DNA of 64,000 nucleotides from the sequence record MT446416.1. The stretch is one strand, 5' to 3'. A program made the translations under genes and the position numbers. A model generated the notes under the pieces. It saw only the letters and a program-made list of their open reading frames with translations. It searched no databases and was not told where the DNA came from. The DNA is from Escherichia virus TH47. Positions within the stretch are counted from its first letter, which is position 1; every line of letters begins with the position of its first letter. Shown here in pieces: positions 57,836 to 64,000 of this stretch.

Positions 57836-59164
57836 TTAACCAAGAGAGCGTGCTTTACGTACTAGGTCAGAGTACTTCATAACGAAGTCTTTAAACGCTG
57901 GTACATCTTTAATCGTAATCGCTACTTTATGAAGCGTGATGGTACGAATCGCCAGTACTGCCAGTTCTGCTTGAGTTGCAGAGAAGTTATGGTCTAGGAA
58001 GGTGATGAAGTTGTTGCACAGCTTACCCCAATCTTCCACTGGTAGACGTTGTTCTTGCTTCTCATTGTAGAGGTCGATAATTTTGTAAACCAGATTCAGA
58101 GTGATGAAGTAGTTCGCGGAAATATCAAGCGAAGCATCAATCTCTTTAATCTCACCCTGTAGGATGGACATGGTATCTGGTAGTTTAGCTACGTTATCAA
58201 CATACTCGATGTATTCAGTTGCTACGCCTTCACCAACACGACCTGCAATCATCGCACGGAACACTTCTTTATCAATGTTCTTAACTTTCTTCAGATCTTC
58301 GTAGCGTGCTACTGCTTCCCATGAACGTGGAGAAGTACCACCACAGTGAGAAGGATCTTGTGGGCTAAGGGTGTTGAAGTGTTTAGCACCAGTGTTGTTG
58401 ATGAACGCAACAGTTGCTGGGTTCAAACGCTTGCCAATCGCATAATCGTTAATCCAATCTTGATGATAAGGAATCATTTCGATGTGGGTCATACGGTCAC
58501 GCAGTGGTGTAGCTAGAGAGAACGTTACACCGCCATCAGTTTCACGGTTACCTGCTGCGAGAATCAGTGCAGTCTTAGGTAGCTTCATCTCACCAACACA
58601 ACGGTCGAGGATTAGCTGGTAAGACGCTGCCTGTACAATCGGCATTGCAGAGTTGATTTCGTCAAACAGGATAACACCTTTCCAATCATCGGGCAATTTC
58701 AGTACTTTTGGTGCTGCCCACACAACTGCTGTTTCAGCGATGTAATCTTGTGCACTAGCCAGTTCAGATTCAATCAGTTGCTTACCATCCATATCAAGGA
58801 ACACTTTCTCTGGAACTGGAATACCACGAAGGTCACTTGGTTCAATCTGAGACAAACGGAAATCGATAAAGTTAGTGTCTTGGTCGATTAGTTTGGCTTC
58901 AAACGCTGCCAGTTCACGGCGAAGTTGATCGGCATTTTCAGTATCAGCTTCGATTTGTTGTTTCATGAACTCAATTTTTGCCACGTTATCTTTACGCAGT
59001 GGGTAGTTCTCATCAGCGTATTGACGTGCGATAGCAGATTTACCGATACCAGGGCTACCCCAAATCATCAGGCTATCTTGAATCATGTCAGCCAGTGCCA
59101 TTGCTTCTTTAGCTTTCTTAGGAGTCAGTTTTACGTTCAGGATATCGTTGTTTTGAGTAGACAT
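57836..59164 (-). CDS. MoxR-like AAA+ ATPase
   Basis: 442 aa; Walker A GSPGIGKS, Walker B ILFDEIN, AAGNRE sensor, RDR motif; IDFRLSQIEPSDLRG resembles the MoxR post-Walker-A signature; about 45-aa coiled-coil insertion. Confidence 0.85.
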   Translation of the reverse strand: MSTQNNDILNVKLTPKKAKEAMALADMIQDSLMIWGSPGIGKSAIARQYADENYPLRKDNVAKIEFMKQQIEADTENADQLRRELAAFEAKLIDQDTNFIDFRLSQIEPSDLRGIPVPEKVFLDMDGKQLIESELASAQDYIAETAVVWAAPKVLKLPDDWKGVILFDEINSAMPIVQAASYQLILDRCVGEMKLPKTALILAAGNRETDGGVTFSLATPLRDRMTHIEMIPYHQDWINDYAIGKRLNPATVAFINNTGAKHFNTLSPQDPSHCGGTSPRSWEAVARYEDLKKVKNIDKEVFRAMIAGRVGEGVATEYIEYVDNVAKLPDTMSILQGEIKEIDASLDISANYFITLNLVYKIIDLYNEKQEQRLPVEDWGKLCNNFITFLDHNFSATQAELAVLAIRTITLHKVAITIKDVPAFKDFVMKYSDLVRKARSLG

Positions 59165-59335
59165 GTATATTTTCCTTTTGTTGGATAAAATCGTTTAGGT
59201 TTCTATTATAGCCAATCCGTGGGCAAAAGTAAAGGAACTGTGTTAAAAGAATTTTTAACTTATCAGTTCCTTTGTTACTTCATGAATCATCCGTGTATTT
59301 AAAAAGGCATTTCTCTTTGCCGTCTTGATGTGGTC

Positions 59336-59363
59336 ATTATATCACATCGTTCAGGCTTGTCAA
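59336..59363 (-). promoter_or_regulatory. Near-consensus sigma70-type promoter, copy 1 (TTGACA-N16-TGaTATAAT with upstream A-tract)
   Basis: Minus strand reads aaaaaaaagttgTTGACAagcctgaacgatgtgaTATAATgacc; directs transcription toward MoxR gene (start 59164). Confidence 0.5.
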
Positions 59364-59429
59364 CAACTTTTTTTTATTTCTTTTTCAATCTCACATCTTG
59401 TGATTTTGAAAACTTGCTTCGTGGTGGTC

Positions 59430-59457
59430 ATTATATCACATCATTCGGCGTTGTCAA
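59430..59457 (-). promoter_or_regulatory. Near-consensus sigma70-type promoter, copy 2 (tandem duplicate)
   Basis: Minus strand reads aaaaaaaaagatgTTGACAacgccgaatgatgtgaTATAATgacc; about 94 bp upstream of copy 1. Confidence 0.5.
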
Positions 59458-59484
59458 CATCTTTTTTTTTCTTTATTTTCGAAG

Positions 59485-59862
59485 CTACATGTGCATCGAA
59501 ATTAACATTCTAAAATCATCACCACACAATGTTAACTCTGTAACTATCATTGCGTCAGAGAGGTATATGTACTGCCCTTCAACATAGTAGGGTGAAGTAC
59601 ATATCCTATCAAGCGATGTAAAGATTATAGAACTTTTGAACTCTCTTTGCAAGGGGATTTTTGTAAATTCGTAAAGAATGTTTTCTTTACAAATTGTATA
59701 TCCAAACTTGCTAAGTCTTAAACCACCGCCAGTTCTGAAATTTTCAAAAATTGACATCAGAAGCATACGGTCTGTTAATTCAGCGTCTGATCCATGTACT
59801 TCTCTAACTTTTAAAAGTACATCGTTTTGAAATTCAGTACTGTTGTGTGGTTCAGGGATCAT
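59485..59862 (-). CDS. Hypothetical protein
   Basis: 125-aa ORF ending just upstream of the tandem promoters; no motif recognised. Confidence 0.4.
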   Translation of the reverse strand: MIPEPHNSTEFQNDVLLKVREVHGSDAELTDRMLLMSIFENFRTGGGLRLSKFGYTICKENILYEFTKIPLQREFKSSIIFTSLDRICTSPYYVEGQYIYLSDAMIVTELTLCGDDFRMLISMHM

Positions 59863-59865
59863 ATA

Positions 59866-60258
59866 TTACATCCCCACAAAACCCTGTCTTGCTGCATATG
59901 AAGGAGCATCTTTAACTTTATAGTCTTGGACACCATCTTTACCAATTTTCGGACCCATATCTTTGGTTCCGAAGCAGCAATCAGTGGATTCATCAACTTC
60001 TTCAGTACTTTCATCATTATATCGAACATCCGATAAAATGTCACACGCTTTTTGAAGCTTTTCTACGATTTCTTTTTGATCTTCACCTGATTTAACCTTA
60101 TCCACAATGTGGATAAGGCATTCGGTGATATCTTTAAGTAAATCGGTGGCTACAGCATCAGAAGGAGTCTCAACTGCAAAACTTTCTTCTTCAGTAGATT
60201 CTTCACTAGAAGTGATTTCATCTAATGCTTCAACCAATTCACGATAATTATATCCCAT
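59866..60258 (-). CDS. Acidic hypothetical protein
   Basis: 130 aa, Glu/Asp-rich (SSEESTEEESF..., DESTEEVDESTD); GGGGA RBS. Confidence 0.4.
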   Translation of the reverse strand: MGYNYRELVEALDEITSSEESTEEESFAVETPSDAVATDLLKDITECLIHIVDKVKSGEDQKEIVEKLQKACDILSDVRYNDESTEEVDESTDCCFGTKDMGPKIGKDGVQDYKVKDAPSYAARQGFVGM

Positions 60259-60259
60259 C

Positions 60260-61249
60260 TTATTTGTCCCCTAGAAATTGTTGATATTTCTTCTGGAGAC
60301 TTTCGAAAATGTCTTCGACTTCTTCATCGCTTTCATCTTCTAGTTCTTCGTTACCTTCCACGGACTCATCACTCTCATTAACATTGAGTGGGTTGTCACC
60401 TAGAGCAGTACCTGGAAACTTAGGTTCAAATTTGTGAACACGGTTCTCGTTACCGTCATTGTCATAGTACTCTGGTTCAGGACGATTGTCAACATCTTCA
60501 TCAACGACACGTCTCCAGTAGAACTTGTTACCCTTGGTAATAACAACAAAGTGGTCACCTTCTACACCATTAGTTTTAGCTTGACCGTCACGAACGGCAT
60601 CAGCTTCAGTGTTGTAAGGTCCAAAATCAGTACTGTCACCTTGTTCTTCATCTTCAGAGATGGTTAGGTCTGGTAGGAAAGTGTTTTCTTCAACTTTAAC
60701 TTCAGTATCTGGGTTACCTTCTACTGAATATTCATCTTCTGGTTCGTCTTGAAGACCAGCTAGAGATAGCATACGACTGAAATCGAATTCTTCTTCGATG
60801 ATTTCTTCTTCTTCCTCTTCTTCAACTGATTCTAGTTGAGGTTGACCGGAAAGATCTAAAGAAAACTCTTCTTCATCTGCAACCCCAGGCTCTTCGAACT
60901 CTGCATCCATACTTACTTCTTCAGAATCACCACCAAAATCACCAGCTTCAGCAGATAGTGAGTCAGCAGCTACTTCCAATGGGTCTTCAACTGGTGCATC
61001 AATCGCACCATCCATTGCACCACCAACTTCTTCTTCAGCACCAGCACCAATGGAATCCATGTCGAGTGGAGCGATTGGTGGTAGAGAAGGGGTCATAGAC
61101 CCCATAGAAGGAACTGGAGCAGCAACAGGAGAAGCTTGACGCTCTGCTTGACCAGCTAATGCAAGCATACGAGATAGTGTTTCTAGATCTTCAGATTCTA
61201 GACCTGCGATATCGATTTTAACTTGTGCTTCATTAATTTTTTTAGCCAT
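60260..61249 (-). CDS. Highly acidic hypothetical protein with duplicated SRML(A/S)LAG motif
   Basis: 329 aa, long poly-Glu/Asp tracts (EEEEEEEIIEEEFDF), repeated LSRMLALAGQAE / FSRMLSLAGLQDE motif. Confidence 0.45.
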   Translation of the reverse strand: MAKKINEAQVKIDIAGLESEDLETLSRMLALAGQAERQASPVAAPVPSMGSMTPSLPPIAPLDMDSIGAGAEEEVGGAMDGAIDAPVEDPLEVAADSLSAEAGDFGGDSEEVSMDAEFEEPGVADEEEFSLDLSGQPQLESVEEEEEEEIIEEEFDFSRMLSLAGLQDEPEDEYSVEGNPDTEVKVEENTFLPDLTISEDEEQGDSTDFGPYNTEADAVRDGQAKTNGVEGDHFVVITKGNKFYWRRVVDEDVDNRPEPEYYDNDGNENRVHKFEPKFPGTALGDNPLNVNESDESVEGNEELEDESDEEVEDIFESLQKKYQQFLGDK

Positions 61250-61271
61250 TTTAAATAAATCCTTTTAGTTA

Positions 61272-62774
61272 TCAATCATTCTTATTTAATGATTTTAAAA
61301 TTTGCACTGTTTCATCCTTTTTACCAGATAGTAAAATGTCAGCAGCAATTAGAGAAACCTCATCACCACGCGTTAATAGTACTGTAATTTTCTTAGCGTA
61401 AGGTGATTCTTTAATTCGTGAAGCTAATGATTGAACTTCATCCCCAGCAGCAGGAACTTCAGGTTCTGGCTCTGCAACAGGTTCTGGTTCTTTAGTAGGC
61501 TCAGCTTTTGGCTCAACTACATCAGTACTTGATACTTCAGCATCTACTTTCTCTTCAGGTTCTTCTTCTTTCTTATCAGCACGTTCTGCATCATAACGAG
61601 CAAGAATGTTATCAGCAGTTGATTTTGGAATCAATTTACCATCAGCACTAATAAAGCGGTTACCACCGATATAAGAATACTCTGTGCCTTTCTTAGATTT
61701 TACTTTAGTTCCGATTTTCATTGCACCAGAACTGTTATGGCGAATTATATCACGTTGTGCAGCACGTTCAACACTTTTTGCAGCACTAACATTTAGTTGT
61801 TTTTTAGTTTCTACATCAAACCATGCATCTTTTTGTTTAATGTATGTTTTACCTTTATTTGAAGTAATGCGGTAACCATTTGGAACCACAACAGATTCAG
61901 TTTCTTCAATCTCTTCATCTGCTTCATTAATGGATTCTTTTGTTGCGAATACTGGCTGTTTTACTGGTTGTTTAGGTTTTTCACCTGAACCAAAACGTTG
62001 TTCACCTGATTCATGATCACCAGTTAGTGAAGGGAAATCACCAGGGTTAGCCTTAACAAATTTCTGATATGCATTAAAGATTGCATGTGCATTTTGTTCT
62101 GGAATTACAACATTACCATCATTATCACAAAATTCTTTACCATTCCATTCGGAACGAGTATTACCTTGTACTAAAGTAGATTTAATTGGAATTAGTTTGT
62201 TTTTTGGTGCTAATTGGCGAGCAATACGCATACCTTCATCGGAAAGTTTACGAGTCATTGCTGGGTCAACTGGACGTCCAGATTTTGCATCAACAAAACG
62301 GTGATTTTTAGGGATGAATTTAAATCCACTAACTTCCATACCTGCTGGAATAGAAATATCATCAGCATATGGTGGAAGGATATAGAATTTTAGTGAGTTC
62401 CATTCTTTTTGTAGAGTTTCTTTTGAAACATTATATACACGGTGGTCATCTGCCATTAGTTCAGTGATAATTTCACTTTCAGTTAGTAGAATTCCATCTT
62501 TAGAATTGAAACGATTTTCACCAAGAAATGTACACTCTTTACCTTCAAGAATATATTTGTTACCAATTTTATATTCACTAGAAGATAGATTGTGCTCAAC
62601 AATCTGTTGTCGAGCACTTGCGTACATGGATGGGTATTTTTTAGGGTCTACCATTAACATATTATTGTCGTTAAACCAGAAACCTTCTAGAAATACATAT
62701 TTGCCACCAGTGTGAGAAGTATATACATATCCATTAGGTACTGTGGTAGTTTCAGTACTGAAAAAATTATCCAT
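61272..62774 (-). CDS. Hypothetical protein with internal duplicated modules
   Basis: ORF-track start 62816 is GTG; ATG 62774 with AAGGAG RBS; two copies each of VPNGY.(Y/R)TS..G..Y and KIG.K...(E/K)G.E.(T/S)..G.NRF.S.DG.L modules; Pro/Glu-rich linker near C-terminus. Confidence 0.45.
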   Translation of the reverse strand: MDNFFSTETTTVPNGYVYTSHTGGKYVFLEGFWFNDNNMLMVDPKKYPSMYASARQQIVEHNLSSSEYKIGNKYILEGKECTFLGENRFNSKDGILLTESEIITELMADDHRVYNVSKETLQKEWNSLKFYILPPYADDISIPAGMEVSGFKFIPKNHRFVDAKSGRPVDPAMTRKLSDEGMRIARQLAPKNKLIPIKSTLVQGNTRSEWNGKEFCDNDGNVVIPEQNAHAIFNAYQKFVKANPGDFPSLTGDHESGEQRFGSGEKPKQPVKQPVFATKESINEADEEIEETESVVVPNGYRITSNKGKTYIKQKDAWFDVETKKQLNVSAAKSVERAAQRDIIRHNSSGAMKIGTKVKSKKGTEYSYIGGNRFISADGKLIPKSTADNILARYDAERADKKEEEPEEKVDAEVSSTDVVEPKAEPTKEPEPVAEPEPEVPAAGDEVQSLASRIKESPYAKKITVLLTRGDEVSLIAADILLSGKKDETVQILKSLNKND

Positions 62775-62787
62775 GTGTTGATTCTCC

Positions 62788-63333
62788 TTAAGAAAGCATA
62801 CGCAAAAGTTGTTCACGCTGTTCTGGACTTAATTTTTGTAGAACATCAGGGATACTAGAACCTTGTGCTTTTGGCTGTTCCTGTGGTGCTGGTTGTGGAG
62901 CATTGTCAGGTTGAGCTTGTGGTGCAGGACGTTGTTGTTCTTCACCTTTATCATCTTCACGATAATCATTCATCAAGTCACGGGATGCTGCCAATAGAGC
63001 AGAACCAACATCTTTAGGAGTAAAAGTACGACGACTGTTATTACCCAAGTGTTTTATATCAAGGTTATTTCCTTTGAAGAATTGTGCAACATCAGCATAT
63101 GGTACTGATGGCTGTGCTTTACCGTATTTGCGGCCAACATAGCGTTTAAATTCAGCCCAAAGACGGTTTGCTTCTGCACCAACTTCTTGTGCACCTTGTT
63201 CTACTTGACCACTACCGAAAAAGCCTTTTACTTTTCCTTTTGCACTATCTACTGCACTTTGTGAACGACTATATGGACGAGCTTCATTTAGCTCTTCATC
63301 ATTATAGTCTAACATTTCATTAAGTATACTCAT
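62788..63333 (-). CDS. Hypothetical protein
   Basis: 181-aa ORF; Gln/Pro-rich low-complexity tail. Confidence 0.4.
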   Translation of the reverse strand: MSILNEMLDYNDEELNEARPYSRSQSAVDSAKGKVKGFFGSGQVEQGAQEVGAEANRLWAEFKRYVGRKYGKAQPSVPYADVAQFFKGNNLDIKHLGNNSRRTFTPKDVGSALLAASRDLMNDYREDDKGEEQQRPAPQAQPDNAPQPAPQEQPKAQGSSIPDVLQKLSPEQREQLLRMLS

Positions 63334-63336
63334 GTC

Positions 63337-63870
63337 TCAATCCTTTTTACCAAAACCAGCACTCATATATTGAGAGTATTTATTGTCACTTTTAACTGCT
63401 TCAATCGCATCTTTAACTGCGGTTACAGCACGTTCTTCACCAGCTAAATCATGGCTGTCTTCTGGTTTGCCAAAATCAACACCAATTACTGGTTCGTAAT
63501 CGTCAAAGTCAATATCATCTTCGAGTTCGGTCATTTCTTGTTGACGTGGTTCATCTTTACTACGTACACGGATTAGAGCTTCAGTCATACTTAGTAGGTT
63601 ACCAATTTCATACATTAGTACGTTTGATTGAACACCACGGTGGCATTTGAAATCAAACATCCAAATTTCACCACAATCTAATTCATAAAAATCTAGTGGT
63701 TTTTCCATGAAAATAGTTTTCTTGAGTGCCCCAATATCAAATGCATCATAACGATCCATTAGGCGTTGTGATACTTTACTAAGTTGTTCGTTAGTAGGTT
63801 CAACTGCAAACTTGACTCGGTATTCAAAAACTGGTTTTTTATCTGTTAGGATTTGTTGTAATCTATTCAT
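63337..63870 (-). CDS. Hypothetical protein
   Basis: 177-aa ORF with GGAG RBS. Confidence 0.4.
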   Translation of the reverse strand: MNRLQQILTDKKPVFEYRVKFAVEPTNEQLSKVSQRLMDRYDAFDIGALKKTIFMEKPLDFYELDCGEIWMFDFKCHRGVQSNVLMYEIGNLLSMTEALIRVRSKDEPRQQEMTELEDDIDFDDYEPVIGVDFGKPEDSHDLAGEERAVTAVKDAIEAVKSDNKYSQYMSAGFGKKD

Positions 63871-63897
63871 TTTAATAACTCCATAAGGTCGTTTAAG

Positions 63898-64000
63898 TTA
63901 TTTATTTCTGTTCATTGCTGCAAGCATTTCATTGCGGGTTTTATGTGCTACCGCCTGTCCTTCGATGGCTGTTGGGTCACCAACTGGTTCAACTTTCTTA
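63898..64000 (-). CDS. Partial CDS (C-terminal end; gene starts beyond window)
   Basis: Open minus-strand frame from window edge to TAA at 63900..63898 (...AIEGQAVAHKTRNEMLAAMNRNK*). Confidence 0.3.
   Translation of the reverse strand, partial: KKVEPVGDPTAIEGQAVAHKTRNEMLAAMNRNK

Noticed and set aside
59325-59587. Plus-strand ORFs 59325-59513 and 59330-59587
   Set aside because: Overlap the tandem minus-strand promoters and a T-rich region; translations are low-complexity Phe/Ile-rich; no RBS.
1-64000. CRISPR array, integrase/prophage boundary, or diversity-generating retroelement near tail fibres
   Set aside because: No regularly spaced direct repeats, no integrase or reverse-transcriptase motifs (no YxDD-containing ORF) seen in any frame; the fibre repeats are in-frame protein repeats, not template/variable repeat pairs.

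Overview
This window reads as a segment of a large, AT-rich, T4-like but divergent myovirus (phage) genome; every call below is from reading the translated ORFs and the DNA by eye, with no database search run. The minus-strand start (1-4579) holds head genes: a partial acidic prohead-core-like ORF, a clear gp20-like portal protein and an Ala/Gly-rich tape-measure-like protein. After a short plus-strand pair (4716-5761) comes an unusual 840-bp non-coding stretch, then an endonuclease VII-like gene and an AT-rich GIY-YIG/T5orf172-like gene. A minus-strand recombination and late-transcription block follows: SbcC/gp46-like, SbcD/gp47-like and a gp55-like late sigma factor. The long plus-strand block 12280-33501 is baseplate: a gp5-like central spike with a C-terminal T4-lysozyme domain, a paralogous free lysozyme, a gp25-like wedge protein, an inserted GIY-YIG homing endonuclease, a gp6-like protein and a giant 3322-aa protein. 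A full-length ClpA-like AAA+ unfoldase sits on the opposite strand inside the structural region. Neck (gp15-like) and NUDIX genes precede a tail-fibre locus (41617-53794) with a pectate-lyase-like tailspike, a paralog sharing its N-terminal anchor, and a 1652-aa repetitive fibre. The minus-strand early-type region (53827-64000) carries thymidylate synthase, a MoxR-like ATPase paired with an HExxH-metallopeptidase/vWA protein, and several acidic or repeat-containing hypothetical proteins. The most interesting signals are the MoxR-vWA pair and the ClpA gene, both driven by the same near-consensus sigma70-type promoter (three copies, two in tandem), plus the homing-endonuclease insertions, the structured non-coding region and the acidic proteins. 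Several ORF-track starts were trimmed because they begin at TTG/GTG upstream of an ATG with a better ribosome-binding site.
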